Assembly: GCA_013239625.1 (NCBI GenBank)
Contig: MU054323.1
Location: 6,623,220-6,687,219, forward strand
Source of the DNA: Lama guanicoe
Taxonomy: Eukaryota
Length of the DNA: 64,000 bases
Direction: 5' to 3'
Below the pieces are notes generated by a model, which did no database searches, was not told the DNA's origin, and worked only from the letters and a program-made list of their open reading frames with translations. This document shows positions 1 through 12,544 of this stretch, piece by piece (position 1 is the stretch's first letter; each line of letters opens with the position of its first letter). Both the position numbers and the translations under genes were made by a program.

Positions 1-149
1 GATGATTTGGTTATACCTTAATAAGGATTACAAAGAAAAATAACCCCTCAAGTTTCTGGAATGTCATGGAAGGAAGGAGAGAATCTCCAGCAAGGGTTGG
101 AAAATAGGCTCAGGTACAGCAGACAGTCCAGGGAGGATGAAGAGTAGGA

Positions 150-251
150 AGGAGATGAATAAGTTCTGGGAATGGAAGGTACAGCATGGTGACCATCATT
201 AACAGTTCTGTTGAAAGTTGTTAAGAGAGTGGATCTTAAATGTTCTTACCG

Positions 252-310
<59 letters not shown>

Positions 311-460
311 ACACAGGTTATTATGTGAGGGGATGGCAATGTTAACTGACCTTATTGTGGTAATCATTTTGCAATATATATGTGTATTAAATCATCACAT
401 TGTACACCTTAAACTTGCATATGTTATATGTCAATAATATCTTAATAAAGCTGGAAAAAA
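150..460 (+). mobile_element. L1 3' end fragment (L1MA-like) with internal (AC)n
   Basis: Typical L1MA 3'UTR text (tacagcatggtgacc...gaaagttg...gagagtggatcttaaatgttct...cattgtacaccttaaac...aataaagctggaaaaaa). Boundaries approximate. Confidence 0.85.
255..307. repeat. (AC)26 microsatellite
   Basis: Pure AC dinucleotide run; explains the HTHTHT ORF at 240..437. Confidence 0.98.
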
Positions 461-2383
461 TAATGCAAAGCATATGTAAAAGCTAAGAAGGATATGGCTA
501 CAAATATACCAATGATAGCAAGCAACTCAGATTTTAATTTTGTAAGCATTTATACAAGAATGAGGATTCTAAAAAATACATGGAAATTCTTTGTAATATT
601 TGCAGAAAGAACAATTATCTAATAAACAAATTATCTGATTTAAAAAAGATTAAGAAAAATGTGTTAGATTTGGCTTGACTCTTCAAAATCATTAGTAAAC
701 TAAGAACACTTTTAGTACAGAGGTGCGGTATAGAATTTGGGTTATATGATGTTAAGGATAGGGAGTAGGCAGGCAGAATGCAAAACATAGATATATATTC
801 AATATTTAAGGAGAAGAAATGGCAATAAAGTATTTTGCAGAGTCAAACACAAAAAGATGCTTTTCCAGTTTTAAGATTTGAGATCCAAAACCATAAAATC
901 CTTGAATCCTAGAGCTGAGAGGAATCTTGAAGATCATCTAGTTGAATTCCATCTGATACTTACATTTCCTTCACAAAGTCCTGTCATTCTGTTTGTACTA
1001 AGCTCCTCTGTGAGTCGGGTTTCCTATGTTTTTGTATGGCTTTGAGTGAAGGTTCTTCCTTGTCCACTTTCCTCCTCAAAGTTTACTGATTGTCACATTT
1101 GAAACAAGAGGACAGGTGTCAGCTGTGAGGGAGTCTTATCTTACTAATACATCTATTTAATGGCTTTCCAAAGGAAATGATTAAAAGGGTCTGGTTTGTA
1201 TTTTGTTTGTGGTGGGGGAGCACGGGATCAAACTTAAATAAACAGGGCAGTTTAAGAAATAGTGGTTCTTCAAGAATGAAGTTTTGAAGGCTAGTCTTTT
1301 GTTTTAGGTTTTGTGAGGCGAATTTAGCTGTGTGGTATTATGACAATCACAAGTCAGAAATTTGAGCAGGAGCTATATCATTTGGGAATGGCTTTGGCTG
1401 AAAGAAACAAAATATGCGATTCACAGTGCTCAAACCACATGACCCAAAATGCCACTTAACAAAACGTGTGAAAGCAGGTGATGACTGGGGTGTTCAGCAG
1501 CTGGTTGATGTCCGGGCACAGGGGTAGTGCTCGTGTTCTGCCCCTTCTGGCCACCAGATGGCGGAGCTGCTTTAAACATTGTCTCCTCAGCGCTCCAGTT
1601 CCAAGCAGGAAGGAAAAGGTGCAAAAGGGCTTTTCCTCGTCTCCCTGAGCAGAAAGAAACATCGAGGCTCCCAGCAGACGTCTTCAGCCATAACTTACTG
1701 CATGCCTAGAGCTAGACCAACAAAAGGGAAATAAGAGTGGCATGATTTGCTTAGGCCCTGAAGCAGAGAACATCATAGCCCAGTCAAAATAGGGCTTTTA
1801 TTTTATGTGTGTAATTATTTTTTTAAACCAGAAAGAAGTGGGCAATAGCTGTTGGGTTGGCTACTAATAGCTCTTGCCAGAGGAGCTCAGGAGAAATTAT
1901 ACACGCTAAATCCACCCGGCCCCGTGCCAAGGGTAGGACAATGCCTCTTCAGAAACTAGTAAAATGTTTTCCTTCCTCTGATAATTATTAATTCTTTGCA
2001 GTGACTTAGAAAAATTCTTGGGCTACGTTTCTTGCCATTAAGTAATGATGAATATAGAAACTGACTGTGAAACTATTTTCAAAAGTCACCCTGCTCCTAT
2101 CCTAATCTTCCTACTCTAGTTCTTACCTTACCACTGCACGGGTTGTACGAATCACCTCCAATTTACATATTATAGAAGAGACTTACATGGAAAAGAATAA
2201 ATCATTTTCAAATTAGATCTTCCATCTAGAACTGACAGTAGCTGATTCCCAGCACTGTCTTTTATTTCTGACACAATTTTAGATGAGAGTAATCTTATAT
2301 TTGCAGTAATTCTCAGGATAAAATTTTCTTCTCAAAGCTCATTTTATGAACTTTTTTCTTTTTTTAGTTTTGAAGAACAAAGC

Positions 2384-2474
2384 AATTATTCTTGCTTTTT
2401 GAAATTGCACACCAAGTCCAAGAACATGAATTATTCTGTCTTTTTGAAATTGCATAGCAAGTCCAGAAACATTG
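2384..2474. repeat. Degenerate 2-copy tandem duplication, period ~45 bp
   Basis: aattattcttgctttttgaaattgcacaccaagtccaagaacatg followed by aattattctgtctttttgaaattgcatagcaagtccagaaacattg. Confidence 0.85.
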
Positions 2475-2480
2475 ACTTTT

Positions 2481-2763
2481 TTTTTTAATTGAAGTATAGT
2501 CAATTTACAGTGTGTCAATTGCTGGTGTACAGCATGTTTCAGTTATACACATGCATACATTTATTTGTTTTCATATTCTTTTTCATTATAGGTTACTACA
2601 AGATACTGAATGTAGTTCCCTGCGCTATACAAAAGAAACTTTTAAATCTATTTTATATACAGTAGTTTGTATCTGCAAATCTTAAACTCCCAGTTTATCC
2701 CTTCCTCCCTTCCCCCCTCCTCCCTGTAACCATAAGTTTGTTTACTGTGCCTTTAGTATGTTT
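2481..2763 (-). mobile_element. 5'-truncated L1 (cetartiodactyl-type 3' end) with 13-bp TSD
   Basis: T-tail then aattgaagtatagtcaatttaca (reverse complement of the L1 terminus). TSD aacattgactttt at 2468-2480 and 2764-2776. Confidence 0.9.
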
Positions 2764-2934
2764 AACATTGACTTTTGAATTTAAAGTATTAATGTCCAGT
2801 GATGGATGTAAACATCTCCTATTTTTCACCTTCTTTCTTTGTGTGTGCCTCCCTTTCTGGGTAGATCCTCATTCCTAGTGGATTTTCATTGCACGCCAAT
2901 TATCTCAGGCTACAGCTGTTTACTGACAGCTGTT

Positions 2935-3445
2935 CTCTTCACTGCCCACCATGCAGCCACCCTTCTGCTGGTAACTGTACTCTCGTTCCCATCTGTGGAA
3001 ATCCCTGCCTCCCCAGTGTGGTTGGTTTGGTTGGGGCTTCACCCCTGGCTCAGGCACAGAACTTGTGACCTAAATCAATCCAAATATTGCATTCCCCTGG
3101 CCAGACTGATTCAGAATCAATAAGAAGTCATGATATTTTTGCTGGGACTTCTGGGAGAGAGATTCGTTCTCTGTCCTGCTAGATTTTTACCTATAATGTA
3201 AGGCCCAGAGTTGCTGTAGCCATGTTGACATCTTGAATGGGAATCAGCATGAGAACGGAGCTGTGAAAGAGAGAGAGAGACACCCTGGTGATACTTTCCA
3301 GCCTTGAATCCAAGATAGCAGCATAGCAGCAAGCCCTGTTCCTGGACTGTTCAGTTACATAATCAAGTGAGTTCCTGTTTTGTTTAAGCCACTGTCTGGA
3401 TCAGATCTTCTCTCACTTGCTATCAAAAGAGATTTAACTTATAAC
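2935..3445 (+). mobile_element. ERVL-MaLR solo LTR (old MLT1 type)
   Basis: MLT1-like motifs: cattcccctggcca..., ctggactgttcagttacat, ttgtttaagccact, cacttgc...aaaagag. Confidence 0.65.
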
Positions 3446-4349
3446 AAGGCTCAGAATCTCTTATGACCAAAATTATTCTCAGAAATATGTCATAAAAATT
3501 AATATGGAAAATACTTGATAGGAAATAAATGGATTTATAACTTACGATGTCCAATATTTTTACAGTCTTTTCTCCAAATAATAATGTCCACTCAAACATA
3601 TAATATAGAATTTAAATTAGCATTCTCCATTTTATATACTTAATATATTCTAATCATTATTATCCAACGTGCTCTGGGATTATTTTCCTCAAGTCTGAGC
3701 ATGTACATTTGTTTCCTTTTTGAATCCAAGTTACTTCTCATTATCATGGAATAAAATAGTCTTGGAGATATTTAGAAATATTGACAAATTATTGTTACAC
3801 ATAAGCCTTTAATTATAAAAGTGATGGTGTTCTATTGTGGTGCTTGAATTTCTCTGGCTATTTTTTTTTGCTCAAACCACACCATCCTGGGAAATATCAC
3901 AATGGGCTGATCTGGCTGTGTGACCACAATCTCTGTGCTTGGCTGACAGCTGTTTGTGCCTGGAGATGGAGATCACTGTGAAGAAACCGCTCCCTTCAGA
4001 AAAGCATCACTCCTTAATCAGTGCCTCTAGCTTTCCCTCTGGTGACCTTTGCTTTCTCTACCCTAGGTGTCCACATCCTTGTCAAACGGCAAGAAACCTT
4101 TTGTAATTGGCCGCGATGATTGTAGTACGGTGGCCAGCCAGTTTGTCTACCTGGAGTGTTCCCTAGAAACAACTCAGTTCATTTTCACACACGAAAGAAA
4201 CAGTGAGGCAGATTCTGTTTCTTTATTGTGGTGAAGGACACAATGATTGTGCTAAAAGAAGGTTGTCTTCATCGTGGCTCCTCTGCTGTATTATCACACG
4301 ACTATATTCGTAACACTTCTGCAGAGAAATCTGGAATTTATGTTAATAG

Positions 4350-5680
4350 GTAATTCTTATTATGGCTCCAAATTCAAAGAGCATGAATATTTGTGAAAAC
4401 TTTCCCTTCCACCCCTGTTTCCCAGATGCCCTGTTCTCTTTCCTAGAAGCAACCTATTTTATGGTTTTGACATGTCTTCTCATGGTGATTTTATGCACAT
4501 TTAAGCAAATACATGTAAATATTCTCTTCTCCTTTTATGTCAAAAATGGTATATGTAGCACTCTGCACCTTGCTTTTTTCACTTAAGGTATCTTGGACCC
4601 ACTTCCATTTTGGTACATAACGAACTTCCTTAGTCTTTTTTATAGCCTCTAAGTATTCCACAACTTCATGATACCATGATTTTACCAGTGTCCTACTGGT
4701 AGACAACTAGACTGTTCCCAATCTTTGGCTCTTACAAGCAAGGCTACAGTGAACAAGCTTGAATAAATGTCAGTCTGCCTGTGGTGCTTGTATCTTTGGA
4801 ATAAATCTCTAGAAGTGAAGTTTTTGGGTCAAGGGCATCTATGTTTGTATTTTCCCCTACTTTTAAAAGTTTTATTAAACTTGAAAAGGTAATATATACA
4901 CACGTTAAAAAGAACAAAATCAAGTGATACAAAATTACATACAGTGAAAAAGTATCTTCCCTTGACCCCTTGGCTTCTAGGCCCCTCCCCATAGGTAGCC
5001 ACTGTTTGTATGTACACATCTAGAGATTATAAGCACATACAAACATACATATGTGAATAAGTACATGTCACTTGTCTTTGCTTGAGAGGAGTATATGACA
5101 CACACCATTCTACACCCTGCTTTTTGATTATTTTAGATTTTGATGATTTTATAATTTATTGCCTGTCACTATAGAACAATCTCATTCTCTTTAAAGGCAA
5201 TATAGAATTTCTTGTGAGGGGACTGACATTAACTTTTTTCATTAAAAAAATAAGGTGTAATTTATATACAGCACATTTTACCCTTTTTAGTATACATTTC
5301 TGCAAGTTTTGACTAATGCATACCTTCCTTTTGATAGATATTGCCAAATAGCTCTCTTGAGAAAGTTACTTGGGTGTGTGTACCTGCTTTTCTGAAACCT
5401 TCTCAATTCAGATGTGTCATCGTACTTTTTGATCTTTTTTAATCTGTAGGTGAGAGTGGTATTGTATTATCATTTAAAATTATATTTCTCTTCCTATGAT
5501 GAAGCTGAGCATCTTACCATTTGTATAAGTCCATTTAGATATCCTTTTCTGGGAAAGATCCAAACCTTTTCTTTTTTGGCCCATTTTTCTACTGTGGATT
5601 AGCCTTCTTATTCATATCAAGTAGGGACTCTTGATATATAAAAAAAATTAGTCCTTGTCTGTCATGCAGATTATAAAACT
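4350..5680 (-). mobile_element. Old L1 (L1ME-like) fragments
   Basis: Antisense L1 3'/ORF2 motifs (ctagaagtgaagtttttgggtcaaggg, gatagatattgccaaat, gaagctgagcatctt). Degenerate. Confidence 0.6.
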
Positions 5681-8337
5681 TTAGGAAGCTCGATGGCCAC
5701 AGAAACATCACATAAGGACTGCACCCGCTCCACAACACACATAAGCCTTTGTCAACCACTGGGAGAATATTGCATATATAAAATTCTACTCCAGGAGAAC
5801 CAAACTTCCAAAATTAGGTTTTGTTTTAGGATATTGTCATACTTTGCAAAAGAATCAGAGGTGTATTGTTTGGAAACAAAAATAAAAGTCACATCTGTGC
5901 AATTAACTGTGTAGTCTTTGAATAATCTACCAGGATTAAAAGTTAATGTTTTATTATCTATAATATAGCTAACCTGGGCCTCTCTCATAATACATGTGAA
6001 TACCCATCAGTTCATTTCAAGCACGTGGAAAGATGTAAAGTCACTTCTGGGTGCTTCCTGCTGTACCTTTCCAAGAATATTACATCATACTAAAATGAGG
6101 AATAAGTTTCCAGTTTCGATCTATCTCCCAACTGCGTACATAATGTTCAACAGAGATCTCTATATTTCAGGATGCAAAGAGGTGTGATGTAATAAAATTA
6201 AAAAGTACTTTATTTTCAGATGACATGGAGAAATGAAATGTGTTATTTGGCCCCCAATACAGTAGAAGACAGCTTGTGCGCTAAAAATGGGGGCACAGAA
6301 AACTTGACTTAATTTATTTGGATAAAGAAATTTATAGAATGTTTAAGAGAGCAACTCCTGGAGGAAGGAGGTAGAAATAGAGCAGAGTGACTCAGTCCCT
6401 CCTTACATGTAGAATGATGGACATAGGGTATAATTAAGTCATCCATTATGAGCTTGAACCAGGTGAGCAGTGGTCACTGCCTTTGATTTTAATTTCCATA
6501 TTGATACTAAACATTTTGTGTACTCTGTCATTATATGTGACTTTCTTCAAGTGTGGGTAATTGATAGAAGTCATACATATTAGTAGCCTATTAATTCTTT
6601 TCTTGATGTCTACACATATCTTGATCAATGTCTACATTTAATGTATATTAATAGATCTGTCTAGTCATTCATGATAAGATCTAGTCATTCATAATTAGAA
6701 TGAAAAATAATGAAAAAATTCACATACTAAATTCGGGTCTTTGAATACACTCTTGTTAACTAATCCTTTTGTTTAACCGCCTCATTGAACAAGAAGGACT
6801 TGTGCTTTGTGACCATAGAAGGAATTTATTTTTTATCTCCTACTCTCCTTTTAAAGCTCTTTTTGGGAGGGAAGCCCTTACTTTCCCTCTGGGTGAAGAC
6901 TCCAGCGCTTCCATCACATTCTGCTCACTCTCAGGTAATAAAAGTCCTGATGGTGGTTTTAAGTCACAATCAATCTATACCTGGTAATTAAAGCGTGTCC
7001 CTTCCTTCAAAGGCAGGTGGAAGCCTTTGATCCAGGCAGGGCGAGAGGGGGAAAGAGGTTCTCTCGGCTCATGGTGCCTCCCCCAAGCTGGATGCTGTTT
7101 ATGAGGAGCCAGGAGCCAGAGATGGGCGTGGAGGAAGGGAAGAAGTGGCCGGCAGAAAGTACTGATTTGCTGGCTACTGGGTACTGGCTGGCTTCCCCTG
7201 TCTGGGCCTACCGGTGTCCACTCTCATGGTCCTTCAGGCATCTTGCTCCTGGGCCTTCACTGCCAATCCTTTGACCTGAGAAGTATCCTTTCCCTCAGTT
7301 GGTTGCATCTGCTCTCCTCTTGGCATCCACTCCTGCTGGTCTGCTTTTACCTCTGTCCCCTCACCCCAGCAAGCTGCCCTGGAGGGCAGGACCCATTGAA
7401 AATGACCTCTGGACAGCAGGAGGGGGCCTGCTCGTGCTCTAGGGGTGGGGCAGCCTCTGTATCCTCATTAGCATTCTCAGTTATAGGTGCCCATAAACAA
7501 CCCTGCACGGAGAGCACAGGGTGTTCTGCTGAAGCTCCTCTACTTTGGAGGAGAAGGTTTCGAAGCTGTCTCCAGAGGAACCCTCCTTGCAGAGTTCTCC
7601 GTCTCTCCTCTCTCAACACTTCAGGGCCTCAGTGTGGGTTCCTTGTTTCATCTGTTCCTGGCACTTGCTACATGGCCTCACACCTCACCTTGGAATCTGA
7701 AATCTATCGAAACTTGGTGCATCAGTCAAACCTCCCAGTTAAACATCTTGTCATGTTTTCTCTTTTTCCTCTGAAGGAAATTCCTTTTACTTACAGAGTT
7801 CTCTCTGGCAAAAATTTCTTCCTGCCAGAGGGCATCAGTCAAATTGGTGCAATGGCCTTTGTCATTGCATGTCCCTGGGAGGCCCCTCAGCTTTCTTTAT
7901 ATCTGTTTATGTAAGTCACATGTTTTTGATTAGGTAACATGTGCACGTAGTACAAAATTCAAAAGGCATAATGGGGAAAAGCATGAAAAGCAGGTTTCTT
8001 CTCAACCCTTATCACTTGGATTCCTGGTGCTTCCCTCCAAAGGTGACAAGTGTTGTGAGTTCTGGAGTATATTTCCAGAAGAAGTATCTATGCAGATACA
8101 AGCATATGTGTTTACCTTTCATTTATAAAGATAGCATATAACATACTTTTCTGTTTCCAGCTCTTTCCACTTAATATATCTTGTAAATCATTCCATATCA
8201 GCACCTGTAAAGCTGCCTCTTTCTTTGTAATGTCTACATTAAATTTCTTCAAGTGACTGTAACATAATTTACTTCACCAGTTCCATATTTATAAAGATTC
8301 AGGTTTATCTTTGTTGACTGATTTAAATAATCCGTTT

Positions 8338-8570
8338 ATGTAGTGGTTTGAGCATGGGCTCTGGAGTGGGACTGTCTGTATTAATGTTTCAACTCGACTA
8401 TTTGCTGTGTGGCCTGAGACATGCTACTTGACCTCTCTGTGCCTTAGTTTCTGCATCTCTAAAATAGGAGTAAAAATAATATTTACCTCTTAGAGTTGTG
8501 AAGGTGAAATGAATACTTATAAAGAACTTCTAACTATGCTTAGCACACACTCAGCACTGATACACATTAG
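8338..8570 (+). mobile_element. MIR SINE
   Basis: tagtggtttgagcatgggctctggag...gctgtgtggcctg...acctctctgtgccttagtttctgcatctctaaaatagg matches the MIR core. Confidence 0.85.
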
Positions 8571-9185
8571 TGTTTCACTGGATAAAAGTCCTCTGTGCCC
8601 TCTTGCTCTTCCTGCACCTTGTCTTGATTTGTAGAGGGAGGGAGCTATTGTTTCTCCCCTATGGTGTTGGGGGAAGGGACTTCCTGGCTCTGTGCTTCAG
8701 AGATGCTGTCTGTTATCGGCTGATCTCAAGGATGCCTGGGTGCTCTATGCCTCTTTGTTTTCACAGCTGAAGTCTGGGGTCTGTGTCTTGTGATCTGGTT
8801 CTCTCAGCTAGATGGGGCCTAATGGTACTTCCTGGGCCATTCACCCTCCCTGTGGTTCCTCCTGGCCCTATAACCTATCTGAGGCTTGGCTGCTTCTCCA
8901 GTTAAGGACAGTCCAGACAGTTTGCTCTGTATTCTCTCAGTGCAGAGCCATGGCCTTCTTATTTTGGTGATGCCCTTTGACAAGCTTTGCTATCAACTTT
9001 TGTCAAGAGTCTTCAACAAGTTTCTTTGTGTTATGCTCTTATCTAATGAATGCACCTCCTCAAATTCTCCATCCTCTCTTGGTTGGCTAAAGGTGATCCT
9101 GAACTACTTCCAGAAAGGAACTATAGTTCACCCTTGAACAACACAGGCTCGAACTGCTTGGGTCCACTTATATGTGGATTTTTTC

Positions 9186-9354
9186 TTCTTTTTTTAAAAA
9201 TTAGGTTTATTTATTTATTTATTTTGTTTGCGGGGGGAGGGATGTACTTAGGTTTGTTTATTTATTTACTTTTTAAAGGAGGTGCTGGGGATTGAACCCA
9301 GGACCTTGTGCATGCTAAGCATGTGCTCTACCACTTTGAGGTATACCCTCCCCC
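9186..9354 (-). mobile_element. tRNA-Ala-derived camelid SINE (Vic-1 type) inserted in Tigger2
   Basis: Reverse complement GGGGGAGGGTATACCTCAAAGTGGTAGAGCACATGCTTAGCATGCACAAGGTCCTGGGTTCAATCCCCAGCACCTCC plus AT-rich tail; A and B boxes visible. Confidence 0.92.
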
Positions 9355-9886
9355 GCATCGATTTTTTTTCTATAAATATATCGGAAAAAATTTTGGAGAC
9401 TTGTGGCAAATTGAGAAAACTCACAAATGAATGGTGTAGCCTAGAAATATCAAAAAAATTAAGAAAAAACTAGATATGTCATGAATAAAGTATTTGTAAA
9501 TAGTAGTCTTATTTCATCATTTACTACCATTAAAATACACAAATCTATTATAAAAATTTAAACTATATAAAAACGTACACAAATAAACACTGTCCATGGT
9601 GCCATCTGCAGTCAAGAGAAAGGTGAAAAAATATAAATCATATTAAAGTATTAAATCATAACTACATAAACTCAACTGTTACATGTTGTTGTAATAATTT
9701 CATAGCCACCTCCTCTTGCCGTTATGCTGCGCTCACTTAAAATGCCAGGTGACACTAATTTTCTCCACATGAGTAGTTGGTGCCTCCAGTAAATTGCGTA
9801 TGGTAGTAAAAAAATTGATCTCTTGTGGAACGTGCACATTTTTCTTTGTGTTTACTGCAATACCGACCGTAAACCTTGAATAACAC

Positions 9887-11722
9887 ATGGGATCTACATG
9901 AAATGCCATTACTGATGCTGGAAGTTAAGAAGCAGAGGAAAATCATGACATTACAAGAACAAGTTGAATTGCTTGATACGTACTGTAGATGGAAGTCTGC
10001 AGCTGTGGCCATTCCAAGATAAATGAATCCGACATAAGGGCCATTGTAAAAAAAGAAAAGGAAATTCGTGAAGCCGTCGCTGCAGCTACACCAGCAGGGG
10101 GGAGAAACCTTGCACTTCTTTGCGAAATACCTTTTTATCCGGTATTGAAAATGCAGCTTTTGTGTGGGTGCAGGATTGCTGTAAGAAAGGCATACCTATA
10201 GACTCTAATATAATTCGAGACAAAGCAAGGTCATTTTATGACAACCTAATGTGAAAAGAAGGTGAAGAATCTAAAGCTGGAGAATTTAATGCCAACAAAG
10301 GATGGTTTGATAATTTTAGAAAGAGGTTTGGCTTAAAAAATCTCAAGATAACAGGAGAAGCAGCTTCTGCTGACCCAGAGGCAGCAGAGTTCCCAGACAC
10401 CATTAAGAAAACCTTTGAAGAGAAAGGGTATCTACCCGAATAGGTTTTTAATGCAGATGAAAGTGCCCTATTCTGGGGGAAAAAAATGCCATGAAGGACA
10501 TTTATTAGCAAGGAAGTGAAACGAGCATCAGGACTTAAGGCTGGAAGGGATAGGCTAATAACTAGTGTTCTGTGCAAATGTAGTCACGTTCATGATCAGG
10601 ACTGCCTTTATTTATTAAGCTGCTAACCCCTAGATGTGAAGGGAAAAGGTAAACACCAGCTGTCATTCTTTTCGTTGTACGAGAAGGGCTGGGCAATGAG
10701 AACCCTTTTGGGGGTTGGTTCCATCAATGCTTTTTCCCTGGAGTCAGGAAGCACCTTTCCAGGAAGGGAATGACTTTAAAGTTCTTTTGATATTGGACAA
10801 TGCTCCCGGGCACCCAGACCCCAGGAGTTCAGTACCGAAGGTGTCAAAGTGATCTACTTGCCCCCCAAACACAACATCTCTAATTCAGCCTCTCGATCAG
10901 GGGTCATAAGGATCTTTAAGGCTCATTACAAACAATACTTCATGGAAACAATTGTCAACACTATGGAAGAGAACCCCAACAGAGAGAAGATCATGAAAGT
11001 CTGAAAGGATTACACCACTGAAGATGCCATTATTGTTAGAAAAAAGCCATGAAAGCTATCAAGCCTGAAATAATAAATTCCTGCTGGAGAAAACTGTATC
11101 CAGATGTGCATGCACAGGATTTATGATAGAGCCAATCAAAGAAATCATGAAAGAGATTGTAGATGTGGCAACAAAGGTGGGAGGTGAAGGGTTTCAGGAT
11201 ATGGACCTTGGAGAAATTCAAGAGCTAATAGACATAATACCGGATGAATTGACAGAAGATGACCTGAAGGAGATGAGTGCTTCAGAACCAGTGCCAGACA
11301 ATGAGGACGAAGATGTAGAAGAAGCAGTGCCAGAAAGTAAATTGACATTAAACAGTCTGGCAGAAGGGTTTTGATTATTCAAGACTGCTTTTGACTTCTT
11401 TTACGACATGGACCCTCCTATGATATGGGCACTGAAACTAAAGCAAATGATGGAAGAAGGATTGGCACCGTATAGAAACATTTTAAGAGAAATGAAAAAG
11501 CAAAAAAGTCAGACAGAAATTATGATGTATTTCTATAAAGTTATAATGAATGTGCCTGTCTCTCCCGCCTCCCCTTCTACCTCCTCCACCTCTTCTGCCT
11601 CTGCCATCCCTGAGACAGCAAGTCCAACCCCTCCTCATCACCATCCTCCTCAGCCTACTCAACATGAAGATGACAAGGATGAAGACCTTTATGATGATCC
11701 ACGTCCACTTAATGAAGAGTAA
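9887..11722 (+). pseudogene. Disrupted Tigger2 transposase (HTH/CENP-B DNA-binding domain plus DDE_1 domain)
   Basis: Fragments across frames: KINESDIRAIVKKEKEIRE, GWFDNFRKRFGLK, VFNADES (D at 10456), LDNAPGHP (D at 10796), QPLDQGVI (D at 10895), and the acidic C-terminal ORFs 11123-11374 and 11408-11722. Several stops and frameshifts. Confidence 0.9.
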
Positions 11723-12544
11723 ACAATCATCATGCCATACAGTTAATAAAATTATCTACTGTGTATGTGTGTGAGTGTCTTCATGTGAAAATCTAATAAT
11801 TGTATGGTAAGAACCATTTGAGACATCTTTGTGTCATCATCATCATCACCTAAATATTCATTGTGTGCAAGACTTGTATTGAAGTGGCTAGCCTCTCCCT
11901 ACATAAGCATAAGATGAGTGATGTTTAATAAAAACTTCATAACGTGTTAGTTTTCTTATTGTTTTTTAACTTTGCTTTCAAAGAATTACATTATCATATA
12001 GTATCTCTTTCTCTCAGATGCAGAAACTGTGTATCAGCCTATCATCACAGGTGTTTTTTTAAAGTAATACTGTTTCCAATACTGTATTATGAATATGACT
12101 GCCATAAAAATTGTGTAACAATTCATTCACTAGTGTATAGGCTAGGCTACTGTAAAACTATTGGTTTAGAGATGAGTTGATAATTTTGCATGAATGCTCA
12201 AAGTACTTTTTTCTTTATCATTAAAGTCCAGTAACTTTATTGGGACATATTCTTGTTCATAGTTCAAAATGTTCATTTTCATTTGTTTTGCTTTTTTTCC
12301 CTCAAGCCTTTCTTCTGCATTCTTTACAGGTTTTCAAGAGTTCATTGTTTCTCTGTCACTCTTATTGTGATCCTCTTCTATGATGGTAAATGCTTTTTCC
12401 CTCCTTCTGCTTTCCTGAATTATTTCAATTGATTTAAAAAATTAACTTTTATGTGATATTTTATCCATGAAATTATAAAGTATATATAAGGTATAAGGAC
12501 TAATCAAACATAGATTTCACCAACATCTGGGTTAGAAGTACACC

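Larger units (their letters stand above)
9125..12165 (+). mobile_element. Tigger2-family (TcMar/pogo) DNA transposon fossil; right terminus not seen
   Basis: TA followed by tagttcacccttgaacaacacagg resembles the Tigger2 TIR (CAGTTGACCCTTGAACAAC). Internal transposase remnants are present. Interrupted by a SINE at 9186-9354. The long 3' region suggests the Tigger2f variant. Confidence 0.9.

Noticed and set aside
240..437. HT-repeat protein ORF
   Set aside because: Translation of an (AC)n microsatellite within an L1 3'UTR.
6600..6720. Short direct repeats (tctagtcattcat twice; similar cases at 50303-50335 and 56750-56790) as a CRISPR-like or functional array
   Set aside because: Only two or three short copies with no regular repeat-spacer structure; ordinary local duplications in eukaryotic DNA.
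6882..6974. Possible minus-strand exon ending AAA|gtaagg
   Set aside because: The best upstream acceptor gives stops in all frames, the alternative acceptor lacks a pyrimidine tract, and the peptide is unrecognised.
7243..7914. 223-aa plus-strand ORF
   Set aside because: Non-ATG start, Leu/Ser/Cys-rich composition typical of non-coding DNA, and no recognisable domain.
9276..9354. tRNA-Ala(AGC)-like cloverleaf sequences (also at 19383, 23723, 32225, 32741, 56265)
   Set aside because: They are SINE heads: each has a shared AT-rich tail, several have TSDs, and substitutions disrupt stems or anticodon. Not tRNA genes.
11123..11722. Acidic and proline-rich ORFs resembling a host TIGD gene
   Set aside because: C-terminal pieces of the broken Tigger2 transposase inside a TIR-bearing element.
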